DNA from: an uncultured Gemmatimonadales bacterium
Lineage (GTDB): Bacteria; Gemmatimonadota; Gemmatimonadetes; Gemmatimonadales; GWC2-71-9
Length of the DNA: 64,000 nucleotides
NCBI GenBank assembly: GCA_963728705.1
Contig: CAVSLY010000021.1
Span: forward strand, 77,887 to 141,886
Direction of reading: 5' to 3'
Shown here: piece after piece, positions 40,471 to 49,914 of the stretch
How positions within the stretch are numbered: the stretch's first letter is position 1
Layout of the letters: the number at the start of each line of letters is the position of its first letter
Program-made: the position numbers and the translations under genes
The notes under the pieces: generated by a model
The model's database searches: none
What the model was told of the DNA's origin: nothing
What the model saw: the letters and a program-made list of their open reading frames with translations, nothing else

Positions 40471-41710
40471 GAATCTCCCTCAGCCGTCGCAGCTCCGGCA
40501 CCCGCACGGCCGTCACCGCGACGACCGCGAGCGTGGCGAGCCCGCCGAGGACGACAGACGAGACCGTGCCGAGCAGGCGGGCAGCGACCCCCGATTCGAA
40601 CGCGCCAATTTCGTTGGAGCTGCCGATGAAAATGGCGTTGACAGAGGACACTCGGCCGAGGAGATGCTCCGGGGTGAGGACCTGCAGGAGCGTACTGCGG
40701 ACGACCACGCTCACGGTGTCGACCATCCCGCTCACCGCGAGGACGATGAGCGAGAGTGGAAAGCTGCGTGACAGGCCGAACGCGATCATCGCCACCCCGA
40801 AGAGGGCGACGTTGACCAGGAGCGTCCGACCGGCCCGCCGGAGGGGCGGGCGATGGGCCAGCACGAGTGACATCACGACGGCACCGGCCGCGGGCGCGGC
40901 TCGCAACATACCGAGGCCTTGCGGCCCGACGTGGAGAATCTGGTCCGCGAACACCGGCAGGAGCGCCGTAGCACCGCCGAAGAGCACCGAGAACAGATCG
41001 AGCGCCAGCGCGCCGAGCACCACGGGCTGTCCGCGGACGAACCGGATCCCGCTTCCTAGGCTCTCCAGAAATGACTCCTCGGAAGCCACGCGGGCCTTCG
41101 GGAAGTGATCGATGCGCGCGATCGCGAGCAGTGCGGCCAGCATCAGTGTCACGTCGACGATATACGCCGCGGTGGCGGTGCCGAAGCCGTAGATCAAGCC
41201 CCCGAGCGCGGGACCCAGCACGGCCGCGAGTTGCCAGGTCGAGCTCCGCCAAGTCACGGCATTGGGGTAGAGCGCCCTGGGCACGAGCTCCGCGCTCAAA
41301 GCGGTGCGGGCCGGTTGGAGAAAGCTCCGGGCGATGCCGCTGAGGAAGATGACGGTGTAGATCGGCCAGACGCGCCCGGGGTGCAGCAGGCCTGGCTGGA
41401 CCGTGAACCAGAGCAGGGCGGCCGAGCACCCGAGGAGGGCGGCGAGGGCAACCCGGCTAATGCGGAGCCGCCGGGCGCGATCGGCCAGGTGCCCCGCGGG
41501 CAGCGCGAAGCCGATGAATGGCAGCGCCTCCGCGAGGCCGATGAGCCCCAGTGACAGGGGGTCGTGCGTCAGCGCGTAGACCTGCCACGAGACGACGACC
41601 GCCTGAAGCTGGGTCGCCACGTTCATCGTCAACAGGCTGAGGATGAATCGGCGGAAATTGGAGATCCGCAGCGAGGCGTAGGGGTCGTGGCGGGTCGGGT
41701 CGGCGTCCAT
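40466..41710 (-). CDS. MFS transporter (EntS/MFS_3-like)
   Basis: Intact 12-TM-type ORF (FRRFILSLLTMNVATQLQAVVVSWQVYALT..LGLIGLAEALPFIGFALPAGHLADR). The start is taken at ATG 41710; the track ORF extends to 41821. Confidence 0.8.
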   Translation of the reverse strand: MDADPTRHDPYASLRISNFRRFILSLLTMNVATQLQAVVVSWQVYALTHDPLSLGLIGLAEALPFIGFALPAGHLADRARRLRISRVALAALLGCSAALLWFTVQPGLLHPGRVWPIYTVIFLSGIARSFLQPARTALSAELVPRALYPNAVTWRSSTWQLAAVLGPALGGLIYGFGTATAAYIVDVTLMLAALLAIARIDHFPKARVASEESFLESLGSGIRFVRGQPVVLGALALDLFSVLFGGATALLPVFADQILHVGPQGLGMLRAAPAAGAVVMSLVLAHRPPLRRAGRTLLVNVALFGVAMIAFGLSRSFPLSLIVLAVSGMVDTVSVVVRSTLLQVLTPEHLLGRVSSVNAIFIGSSNEIGAFESGVAARLLGTVSSVVLGGLATLAVVAVTAVRVPELRRLREIR

Positions 41711-42007
41711 TGGCGCCGGAAGATAATCGGCCCTGGAATTCGGCTTTGACTCATGCGCCCATGCCATTTTCGGGCGGGCGATTGAATTCAGTATGACGCT
41801 CGGCGTCAATGCGCCAGCCAAAGCTCCGGCGACCGACCGGCGACGCGTTTTGCGATCAGCCCGAGATTTTTGCGCTCCTGCGGCTCGAGCCTGACCTCTG
41901 AAGACCCCCTAACATCAAGTCCCGCAAGGCATTAATTGGCCGTTGCATACGGCCCGATTCGTGCATACTTCGCACGCGTATCCCCCGGCGCCTCAACGCT
42001 TTCCCCC

Positions 42008-43611
42008 ATGACGATCACGCCAGCCATGACGCGACTGCTTCTGCTTTGCCCGCTGATCGGACTGGCCGCCTGCGCGGGCCAGCTTCCGCCCGCGCCCCCC
42101 GCGGTGCCGGTGTCCGCCGCGATTCACGATTCGCTGATACCAGTCGTCGATCTCGACGCGCTGGTTCAGGAGAGCGCGGCGGAGGATGCCGTCGTCCTCA
42201 ACGACCTGGCTGCCACCGCGCCCGATGAATCGGTAGTCCCGGCGTTCGACGCGAGCGGCGTCCGCTGGGACATCGACGTCCGCACCTACGCCAACCATCC
42301 GCGGGTCCGCTACTACCTCGCCTACTTCCAGGGTCCGGCACGCGGTGGGATGGAGACCTTCCTCCGCCGGGGCGCGCGCTTCGAGCCGATGATCCGCGCC
42401 CGCTTCCGCGCCGAGGGCCTCCCCGGCGACCTGGGCTACCTCGCGCTGATCGAGAGCGGGTACTCGAGCGAGGCCGTGAGCCGAGCCTACGCCGTGGGGA
42501 TGTGGCAGTTCATGCGCGGCACCGGCAAGGGCTACGGCCTCCGGGTCGACTCCTGGATCGACGAGCGCCGAGATCCCGTGAAAGCCACCGACGCCGCCGC
42601 CCGCCACCTGCGGGATCTGCGCGAGCGCTTCGGATCGCTCTACCTAGCCGCCGCCGCGTACAACGCCGGCGCGGGCAAGGTGTCGCGCAGCTTGGGCAAG
42701 CTCGAGTGGGACACGCCGGCCGATCCCGTCGCGGAGGCCGCCGACTCGACGCTGGCCGACTCGGTCGATGCCGACCTGGCCGACGAGGCGTCGGATTCCC
42801 TCGACGAGTCCGCCACCCCAACGACGCTGGCCGAAGCGGAAGACGCCGAGAGCGAGGAGATAGACGCCGCGCCGGACGCGCGCGGCATCACCAGCGACGC
42901 CGCGTTCTTCCGTCTGGCCTCGAACGATCTCCTGGCCGCCGAGACCCGCGACTACGTGCCGAAGCTCATCGCGGCCGCGCTGATCGCGAAGGCGCCCGGG
43001 CACTACGGCTTCGCCGTGCCCGCGCCGGCGTCCTTCGCCTACGACTCGCTGATGGTGGACGACGCGACCGGCCTCGACGTGGTAGCTCGTCTGGCCGGCA
43101 CGAGCGTGGCGGACCTCCGCGACCTCAACCCGCAGTATCTCCGGCTCGTGACACCGCCCCGCTCAGCCATGGTGATCCGTCTCCCGGCCGGCACCGGTCC
43201 CGCGGTGGCCGAGGGCTACGCCAAGCTGAGCCCCAAGGCGCGGGTGCACTACATGACGCACGTGGTCGGGCGGCGCGAGAAGCTGAGCACGATCGCCACG
43301 CGGTACCACCTCCCGATGCGCGAGATCCAGGTCGCCAACCCGAAGCTCAAGGGAACGCAACCGGCGAAGGGCACGCGCCTCGTCATTCCCACGGTCGTGA
43401 TCCCGTCTGCGCTCGCGATGAAGGCGACCGGGACCGTCGGCGGTCGTCGCCGCTCCGCAGCCTCGGCACCCTGCACCGCGTGCGCCGCGGTGAAACGCTG
43501 ACCGGGATTGCCCGGAAGTATCGGGTGACGGTCCGCTCGCTCCGCCGCGTGAACGCGATCCACAGCGATCACGCACTCCGTGCCGGCATGCGCATCCGTA
43601 TCCCCGGCTGA
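42008..43611 (+). CDS. membrane-bound lytic murein transglycosylase (MltD-like) with two LysM domains, one frameshift
   Basis: A lipoprotein signal is present (LLLLCPLIGLAACAG). The SLT domain reads LGYLALIESGYSSEAVSRAYAVGMWQFM..AAAAYNAGAGKV. LysM 1 reads HVVGRREKLSTIATRYHLPMREIQVANP. LysM 2 is in the frame of ORF 42502..43611 (HRVRRGETLTGIARKYRVTVRSLRRVNAI..RIRIPG-stop). Confidence 0.8.
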
Positions 43612-43647
43612 CCTCCACCCTTCACCGTCCACACCGACGAGACGCCC

Positions 43648-43908
43648 GTGTCCTTCGACAGCAGCGCCACCGTGCCCCTCTCTACCGCTCCGGCTGCCAC
43701 CGCCACACCGGCCGCGCCGTTGTCCGAGGGCGCTGCCGCCGCGGTGCTGGGCTCCATGCTCTTCCTGATCATCGCCCTGACCTTGCTGCTGGCGCATAGC
43801 ACGCTGGTCGAGCCGGCGAGCGCCGCCGATGCCCCACCCGCTGCCGACACCCCGTTCGCCATCGATACGTCCTTCGCCGCCGACGGCGGGAGCCTGGCGC
43901 ACCGGTGA
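43648..43908 (+). CDS. hypothetical small membrane protein (weak call)
   Basis: 86-aa ORF with one hydrophobic helix (AVLGSMLFLIIALTLLLA). It is in the same frame as the next gene, separated by one TGA. Confidence 0.3.
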   Translation: MSFDSSATVPLSTAPAATATPAAPLSEGAAAAVLGSMLFLIIALTLLLAHSTLVEPASAADAPPAADTPFAIDTSFAADGGSLAHR

Positions 43909-44001
43909 GCCTGCGGGCGGCACTGCGGCTCGTCGGGCTGCGCCGCGCTCCTGCTCGCCGCGGGTGCGGCGACGCATGTCGCGGCCTCCGCCGGAGTCGG
44001 C

Positions 44002-45018
44002 GTGTCGGCCGTGGGATACGCCTCGAGGCTGGCCCCCGGACGCCCGGCCATCACGGCCCCGGACGACACGCTGCGCGCGCGACTGGTGGACGTGAAGCGC
44101 GGGACGCGGCGCGGCAGGACGATGACCGGGGCGCTCGTCGTGGGGTATTTCTCGGCGCGCGGATTGCCGCCGATGCAGGGCGCGCTCGCGGTGACCGACA
44201 CCGGGCTCGTCTTTCGTTCCGCCGATGGACGGTTCACGACCACGCTGCCTGTCGTCGGGCCCGTGCGGGAGGCGCCGGGAGGCCGCTGGCGCGCCGCGGC
44301 GGTCTCGCTGGCGTACGTCGACCAGGTACTCGGCCGCGATTCGTATCTCTTCCGGGTCGATGGCGGTGTGTTCGAGACCGACGCCCCCGGCGCGCTGATG
44401 GACGTGGCCGCCCACCCCTCCTGGCTCGACAGCCTGGGCTCGCGCGAGTGGACCGCGAGCCGCGCGCTGGTGAACGGGGCGGATCAAGCGGCGGTGCGCC
44501 GCCTGTTGGCCACGCTCACGCTCAGTCCCTACGCCGATTCGCTCTACGCGATCTTCGGCCGGCCGGTCCGGGCGGCGGGCGTCGTGGGCGAGCGCGGGCG
44601 CGCGGCCGGCCGCCTGGGCGAGTACATCGCCTCGCGCGACTCGCTCGCGCTCGATCCCGGGCGCATGACCAGCGACGCCCAGCTCCGGCACACGCTGGCG
44701 CACGAGCTGGCCCATCGCTGGCAGGCGCGCTCGGCTGCCCAGCTCGCGGCCCTGTGGCGGGACATTCCAGGAATCCGCGATCCCAAGCGCTACGGCTTCG
44801 GCAACGTCGCCGAGCATCAGGCCGAAGCGGCGGCGTTCGCCATCCACTTCCTGCTTGGCACCGCGACCGCGCGCGATCCGGGCGGCGAGCTGGCCACCCT
44901 CGACCACTATGAGCTGCTCGTGCCCGGCACCCGCACCATGGCGCGCTACTTCGCGATGCAGCCGGGCTTCGTCCGACACCCCCTGCGGGCAGTGCTGACG
45001 ACGGGGCGAGTCCGATAG
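44002..45018 (+). CDS. hypothetical protein with HExxH zinc-metalloprotease motif
   Basis: GTG start. The motif is LRHTLAHELAHRW, with a further AEHQAEAAAF about 40 aa downstream. I recognise no named family. Confidence 0.5.
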   Translation: MSAVGYASRLAPGRPAITAPDDTLRARLVDVKRGTRRGRTMTGALVVGYFSARGLPPMQGALAVTDTGLVFRSADGRFTTTLPVVGPVREAPGGRWRAAAVSLAYVDQVLGRDSYLFRVDGGVFETDAPGALMDVAAHPSWLDSLGSREWTASRALVNGADQAAVRRLLATLTLSPYADSLYAIFGRPVRAAGVVGERGRAAGRLGEYIASRDSLALDPGRMTSDAQLRHTLAHELAHRWQARSAAQLAALWRDIPGIRDPKRYGFGNVAEHQAEAAAFAIHFLLGTATARDPGGELATLDHYELLVPGTRTMARYFAMQPGFVRHPLRAVLTTGRVR

Positions 45019-45043
45019 GGACGACCCGCGGGAGCATCCTGGT

Positions 45044-45089
45044 GCAATCGAAGGGGGCATGCCCAAGGGCATGCCCCCTTTCGCATTGC
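45044..45089. repeat. palindromic element related to 36957-37022
   Basis: The sequence is GCAATCGAAGGGGGCATGCCC-aa-GGGCATGCCCCCTTTCGCATTGC, about 25 nt after the stop of 44002..45018. Confidence 0.8.
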
Positions 45090-45186
45090 CGAACGTGAGG
45101 TGTGGCACACCAGGCGGCGTGGCGCGGCGCACAGCGGCTGGAGTGGCCTTGGGGATACTCTTGGTCGGCGCCAACAGGAGCGGCCG

Positions 45187-45321
45187 ATGACGATCACCTT
45201 GCACTGCCTGGACTGCGGCTTTGGCTTTTCGCTCACGCTGGCGACGAACGCCCTACCGGACGACGTCGCAGAATCGCTCTCGTGCGGCCAGTGTCGATGC
45301 CGGCGCTGGGCAGCCGCCTGA
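45187..45321 (+). CDS. 44-aa zinc-ribbon-like microprotein (weak call)
   Basis: The ATG is preceded by AGGAG. The sequence is MTITLHCLDCGFGFSLTLATNALPDDVAESLSCGQCRCRRWAAA, with CxxC ... CxxC. Confidence 0.35.
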   Translation: MTITLHCLDCGFGFSLTLATNALPDDVAESLSCGQCRCRRWAAA

Positions 45322-45340
45322 CTGGCCACCCTCGCGACCC

Positions 45341-47467
45341 CTAGGGCGCCGGCGATGCGACGCGATCCGCCGCATCGAGCAGCGCGCGCACAGCTTCGGC
45401 CAGCACCACGGGGGCAAACGGTTTCGCGATGAACTCGTGGCCACGGTGCAGGCCGCGGCGGGTAATCTCATCCACCGGATGGCCGCTCATGTACAGCACG
45501 GGAAGGCCGGGCCTGATTTCGGCGAGCCGGCGGCCAAGCTCGAGCCCATCGACCCCCGCCATCGCCACGTCGGTGAGCACCAGGCGGACCTGTTCGCTCT
45601 GCTCCTCGAACAGCCGCAACGCGGCCTCGCCGCTCTCCACAGCCAGCACGGTGTAGCCGGCCTGCTCGAGCGCCCGGACCGCCATCGCGCGGACCATCGA
45701 CTCATCCTCCGCCACCAGCACCGTCTCGGTCCCTCTGGCCGCGCGCCGCTCGGCGGGGATGTCCCGCGACGGGAGCGCCTGCTGGGTGAACGGCAGATAG
45801 ATGCGGAAGGTCGTGCCCCGGCCCGGCTCGGACTCGACCCAGACATATCCATCCGACTGCTTCACGATTCCGTACACCGTGGATAGCCCGAGGCCCGTCC
45901 CCTTGCCGACCTCCTTGGTCGTGAAGAACGGCTCGAACACATGGCTTGCCGTTTCACGGTCCATGCCGTGCCCGTTGTCGCTGACGGCGAGCAACGCGAA
46001 CGGCCCGGCACGGTGCCCCACCTCGTGGTACAGCGGGGCCTCGCCCTCGCCGAGCTCGACGGACGACGTTTCGACCACGACCCGTCCACCGCGTGGCATG
46101 GCGTCGCGCGCGTTGAGGATGAGGTTGAGCAGCACCTGCTGGAGGCGTCCGCGATCGGCGAGCATGGCGCCCAGCGGCGCGAGGCGCAGATCCAGCACGA
46201 TGGCGTCACCGAGCGTGCGGCGCAGGACGGGCTCGAGGTCACGGATGACCGTGTTGAGATCCAGGGGTACGGGCTGGAGTACCTGCCGTCGGCTGAAGGC
46301 CAGGAGCTGGGCCGTGATCGCCGCCGAGCGCTCCGCCGCCTCGCGCATGAGCTCGACATCCGTCCGCACGTCGGACGGCAGATCGCCACGCGTCAGCACG
46401 AACTCCGAGCAGCCCAGGACGACCGACATCATGTTGTTCACCTCGTGCGCGATCCCGCCGGCTAGCTTGCCGACCGATTCCATCCGCTGTGCCTGCTGGA
46501 GGCGCTCGAGCGTGAGGCGCCGCTCGGTGACGTCACGCTGCGACCCCCAGGCGCGCACCAGCCGCCCGTCCTGCACGATCCCGAACAGGTTATTGACGAA
46601 ATAGCGGGGACGGCCATCGCGACCGACCTCGTTGGTCTCGGCTTCGGTGAGACGGTAGCCGCCGGCGACGAAGGCGCGGAGATACTCGAGGTTGGCGGGA
46701 TCGCTCTGCGGCAGCAGGTCGCCAAGGCGCGCGCCGACCAGCTCGGCGGCGGCGCCGTAGCCATACATGTGCGCCATGGCGTCATTGCACTCGGCCAGGT
46801 AGGTCTGCCGGTAGAACAGCTCGATCTGCTCGTCGACCGGCAGCGAGATGGCCACCGGCTCCTCCATCTCGATCCGCCAGACGGCATCGGAGGTGAGCTC
46901 GATGAACGCGCGGTAGCGCTCCTCGCTGGCCCGCAGCGCCGCCTGCGCCTCGCGGCGCACCCGGTTCAGCGTGAGGATCCCTTCGACCCGAGCGATCAGC
47001 TCGCGTGCCGCGAACGGCTTGGCCAGGTAATCGTCGGCGCCGGCCTCGAGGGCCTGCAGGCGGTCTTCCTCGCCCGCGCGGGCGCTCAACAGGATCACCG
47101 GCACCGAGCGGGTGCCCGCCTCCGCGCGCAACGCCGCGAGCAATGAAATCCCGTCGCTTCCGCACAGCATGACGTCCGCGAGCACCAGGTCCGGCATCGC
47201 GCGACGGACCGCGGCGAGCGCCTGCGGGCCGTCGCTGACGGCCTCGATGCGCCAGCCCTCGCCGAACAGCCGGACGACGTAGTCCCGCGTCTCGATGTTC
47301 GCGTCCGCGACGACGATGTGCGCGCCGTGGTTGCCGGCCGCAACCGGACCGACCGCGCTCTCGCGCGCGGGCCCGGTGACGAAGGCCGCGGGACCGTCAC
47401 CTGGAGGGGGGAGATCGCTCACCGGCGAACGCTGAGGACGAGGGAAGACGGGCGGGGAGCCCGCCAT
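45341..47467 (-). CDS. hybrid sensor histidine kinase / response regulator (REC-PAS-HisKA-HATPase-REC)
   Basis: The frame is intact. The N-terminal REC reads IVVADANIETRDYV..DLVLADVMLCGSDGISLL..DDYLAKPF. The PAS region includes SEERYRAFIELTSDAVWR. HisKA reads LAGGIAHEVNNMM. HATPase reads NLILNARDAM..DNGHGMD..GKGTGLGLSTVYGIV. The C-terminal REC reads VLVAEDESMVR..LVLTDVAMAGVDG. The start is moved to ATG 47467 to avoid tRNA-Thr. Confidence 0.88.
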   Translation of the reverse strand: MAGSPPVFPRPQRSPVSDLPPPGDGPAAFVTGPARESAVGPVAAGNHGAHIVVADANIETRDYVVRLFGEGWRIEAVSDGPQALAAVRRAMPDLVLADVMLCGSDGISLLAALRAEAGTRSVPVILLSARAGEEDRLQALEAGADDYLAKPFAARELIARVEGILTLNRVRREAQAALRASEERYRAFIELTSDAVWRIEMEEPVAISLPVDEQIELFYRQTYLAECNDAMAHMYGYGAAAELVGARLGDLLPQSDPANLEYLRAFVAGGYRLTEAETNEVGRDGRPRYFVNNLFGIVQDGRLVRAWGSQRDVTERRLTLERLQQAQRMESVGKLAGGIAHEVNNMMSVVLGCSEFVLTRGDLPSDVRTDVELMREAAERSAAITAQLLAFSRRQVLQPVPLDLNTVIRDLEPVLRRTLGDAIVLDLRLAPLGAMLADRGRLQQVLLNLILNARDAMPRGGRVVVETSSVELGEGEAPLYHEVGHRAGPFALLAVSDNGHGMDRETASHVFEPFFTTKEVGKGTGLGLSTVYGIVKQSDGYVWVESEPGRGTTFRIYLPFTQQALPSRDIPAERRAARGTETVLVAEDESMVRAMAVRALEQAGYTVLAVESGEAALRLFEEQSEQVRLVLTDVAMAGVDGLELGRRLAEIRPGLPVLYMSGHPVDEITRRGLHRGHEFIAKPFAPVVLAEAVRALLDAADRVASPAP

Positions 47468-47482
47468 GCGAAGGGTGCAGAG

Positions 47483-47554
47483 AGCCACAGGTCGGATTTG
47501 AACCGACGACCGCTCGATTACGAATCGAGTGCTCTACCCCTGAGCTACTGTGGC
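47483..47554 (-). tRNA. tRNA-Thr (anticodon CGT)
   Basis: The reverse complement is GCCACAGTAGCTCAGGGGTAGAGCACTCGATTCGTAATCGAGCGGTCGTCGGTTCAAATCCGACCTGTGGCT, with anticodon loop TTCGTAA. Confidence 0.9.
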
Positions 47555-47588
47555 GGATACGGCTGACCGGCTGTGGCTGATACATCGC

Positions 47589-47617
47589 GGGGGCGCACGC
47601 CGGTGCGCCCCCGTTTT
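47589..47617. terminator. GC-rich stem-loop between the two tRNA genes
   Basis: The hairpin is GGGGGCGCAC-gccg-GTGCGCCCCC followed by GTTTT on the plus strand. The T-tract is on the strand opposite to the tRNAs, so its function is unclear. Confidence 0.4.
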
Positions 47618-47621
47618 CAAA

Positions 47622-47703
47622 TGCCCTGGCGCGGATTCGAACCGCGACGCCTTGCGGCACTACCCCCTCAAGATAGCGTGTCTACCAGTTTCACCACCAG
47701 GGC
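47622..47703 (-). tRNA. tRNA-Leu (anticodon GAG)
   Basis: The reverse complement is GCCCTGGTGGTGAAACTGGTAGACACGCTATCTTGAGGGGGTAGTGCCGCAAGGCGTCGCGGTTCGAATCCGCGCCAGGGCA. It has a long variable arm and anticodon loop TTGAGGG. Confidence 0.9.
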
Positions 47704-47757
47704 GTGCGGCGGCAAGATAGCCGCCGGGCGAAAGAGGGTCAACCGAGGGGCGCCCGC

Positions 47758-49692
47758 TCAGAAAAGCGTGACCCTGACCCGGAACGGGCTGTCCTTGATC
47801 TCGGTCCCGTTCAAAGTGATGGACACGCGGTAGTCGTTGTCCGTCGACTGGGGCGTCCACGTGGCGGTGTAGGTGCCGTCACCCGCATCGGTGACCGCCG
47901 GTACCGCGACGACGTCTTGGCCGCGCCGCACGGTGATCGTCACCTGGCTCCCGCCGTGCCCTACCGGATTGCCGGACGCATCGGCGGTGCTGACGGTAAT
48001 GTGGACGGGATTCTCGTTCGGATTGAACAGCCCGACCTCCCTGGGCACGTTCGCGGTCGTGTGGTTCGCATCCGCGGGGCCCGCGGCCACTATGCTCGTG
48101 AACGGCGAACCGGCCACGACCTGTCCCCCAACGGTCACGCTCACCAGATCGGTGCCGGCCTTCGCGGGGGTGTACGCTGCGCGATAGCTGCCACCGCCGA
48201 GATCGTCGACCCCCACGTTGCCGATGCTGTTGGCGCCCGACACGCTCACGGCGATCTGCCCCTTCGCGTCGGACAGTGCGTTGCCGAACTCGTCCTGGAG
48301 CGCAATCGAGATCTCGGTCGCGGTGCTCACGGCGCCGTTCGGGACCGTCACCGACGTCCGCGCCCCGGACGGCGGGCCAGGGGTGACCGTGACGGTCGCG
48401 GACCCGAGCGTGACGCCGCCGGTCGTCGCCGTGACCACGTGAGGCCCCGTGGCCGTCGCGCTCAGCGTCCCTGTGGTCTGCCCGGCGGCATTGGTCGCCC
48501 CTGGCTGCGTCAGCGTCACGCCGCCGCCGGTTGCCGCCAGAGAGACCGACTGGCCGGCGAGCGGATTGTTGCGGCTGTCCCGGACGACGACCGTGATGGT
48601 TGCCGTCGTGCCGCCCGCTGACGCCGCGATGGTGCCGGGCGCCGCGGAGACCGAGCTCTTGTCCGCGCTCGCAGGTCCGGCCGTGGCCGTGGCGCTGAAC
48701 GTCACCGGATTGCCGGAGACACCAGCCGCGTCCACCGTTGCCTGCAGGGTGTTCGGGCCGGCGCTGCTCCCGAGGGTCCAGCTGCCCACCGTGGCGATGC
48801 CGTCCGTGCCGGTCGCCGCGGTCGCCGCGGTGACACTGCCGCCGCCGCCCGTCACGGCGAACGTCACCGCGACGCTGGCCACGGGCGTGCCGCCGGCATC
48901 GCGCACGATGACCGCCGGCCGCACCGGCACCGCGGTGCCGGCCGGCACAGTCTGACCCGTTCCCGCGGCCGCGGCCACCGCCGCCGGCGCTCCGACGCCG
49001 ATCGAGATGGGCGTGCTCGTGGCCGAGGCATAGCCAGACGCGGCGAAAATGAGCGTCCGGGCGCCGGGGGCCCCGGCGATCGCCAGGTCGGTGAACGCCA
49101 CGTTGCCGCTGGCGTCAGTGGCTTGAGTGGTGGTGCCGGTAAGGCTTCCGGGTCCCGAGGCGATCTGAACGCTCACCGTGACGCCTTCCCGGGCGAGCGG
49201 TGTGCCGCTGGGATCCTGGAGCTGGAGCACGGGCTGTGGATCGAGGAGCACCCCGGACGAGGCCGTGCTGGGCGGCTCGGTCGTCAGCGCCAGCTTGGCA
49301 GCCACCGCGGTTGTCGTGAACGTCACCGCGTCTTCCGGCAGCGCCGCGGCCACCGCGGTCGTCGCGTAGCTGCCGGGCTCGGCTCCAAGGATGCGTTGCG
49401 TGGCGGCCATGCCGTTGACCCCGGTGACTGACGTGGTCGGCCGCACCTCGCCCCCGTCCCCGGCCGACCACGATATCTCGATACCGGGCACTGGGTTACC
49501 GAACCGGTCCGTGACCTTCACCACCAGCGAATCCGCCAGCGGCTCCAGGATCGTCCCCGTCTGCGAGTTGCCCGAGATGCCCTCGACCTGAGCCGGCTGG
49601 CCCTCGTTGGGCAGCACGAGGTCGCCCCCGCCACAGGCCCCGAGGACCAACAGCGCGATGGATACGACCACCGAACGGCGGAACAGGTGCAT
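47758..49692 (-). CDS. Ig-like (Big-type) repeat lipoprotein with C-terminal filamin-type repeats
   Basis: Intact 644 aa. The lipobox plus motif reads LLVLGACGGGDLVLPNEG. Repeated modules of about 90 aa follow (..VKVTDRFGNPVPGIEISW..). The C-terminus reads GGGSYRAAYTPAKAGTDLVSVTVGGQVVAGSPF and GDGTYTATWTPQSTDNDYRVSITLNGTEIKDSPFRVRV. Confidence 0.8.
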   Translation of the reverse strand: MHLFRRSVVVSIALLVLGACGGGDLVLPNEGQPAQVEGISGNSQTGTILEPLADSLVVKVTDRFGNPVPGIEISWSAGDGGEVRPTTSVTGVNGMAATQRILGAEPGSYATTAVAAALPEDAVTFTTTAVAAKLALTTEPPSTASSGVLLDPQPVLQLQDPSGTPLAREGVTVSVQIASGPGSLTGTTTQATDASGNVAFTDLAIAGAPGARTLIFAASGYASATSTPISIGVGAPAAVAAAAGTGQTVPAGTAVPVRPAVIVRDAGGTPVASVAVTFAVTGGGGSVTAATAATGTDGIATVGSWTLGSSAGPNTLQATVDAAGVSGNPVTFSATATAGPASADKSSVSAAPGTIAASAGGTTATITVVVRDSRNNPLAGQSVSLAATGGGVTLTQPGATNAAGQTTGTLSATATGPHVVTATTGGVTLGSATVTVTPGPPSGARTSVTVPNGAVSTATEISIALQDEFGNALSDAKGQIAVSVSGANSIGNVGVDDLGGGSYRAAYTPAKAGTDLVSVTVGGQVVAGSPFTSIVAAGPADANHTTANVPREVGLFNPNENPVHITVSTADASGNPVGHGGSQVTITVRRGQDVVAVPAVTDAGDGTYTATWTPQSTDNDYRVSITLNGTEIKDSPFRVRVTLF

Positions 49693-49914
49693 GAGAGCAC
49701 CGGAGCTGGAAGTATGGACGATGAGTCTGACCGGGATCTAGAGGTTAGCGCAGGGTCGCCGAGTGCGAAAGGACCGGGATCACACGTGACCCGGCGCCCG
49801 GGCCGGCGGACCAGCGGACGGACCGCGAAATCGGCATGGAGGTGTGCCGCAACGCCATATTTCTGAACTGCTTAGCTCGGATTCTCCGGCTGAATCAACG
49901 TCGGGGCTCGAGGC

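Noticed and set aside
43249-45204. 651-aa minus-strand ORF, and similar long antisense ORFs (931..2475 -, 3719..5071 -, 14005..15201 -, 19576..21264 +, 50011..51876 +, 50525..52186 +, 59615..62374 +, 15958..17337 +)
   Set aside because: Their translations are Arg/Ala/Gly/Pro-rich low-complexity sequence with no recognisable motifs. They lie antisense to genes that have clear family signatures. They are typical shadow ORFs of very GC-rich DNA, where stop codons are rare.
47589-47617. Canonical terminator for the tRNA-Leu/tRNA-Thr transcript
   Set aside because: The T-tract follows the stem on the plus strand, whereas both tRNAs are on the minus strand. It is recorded only as a stem-loop of unclear role.
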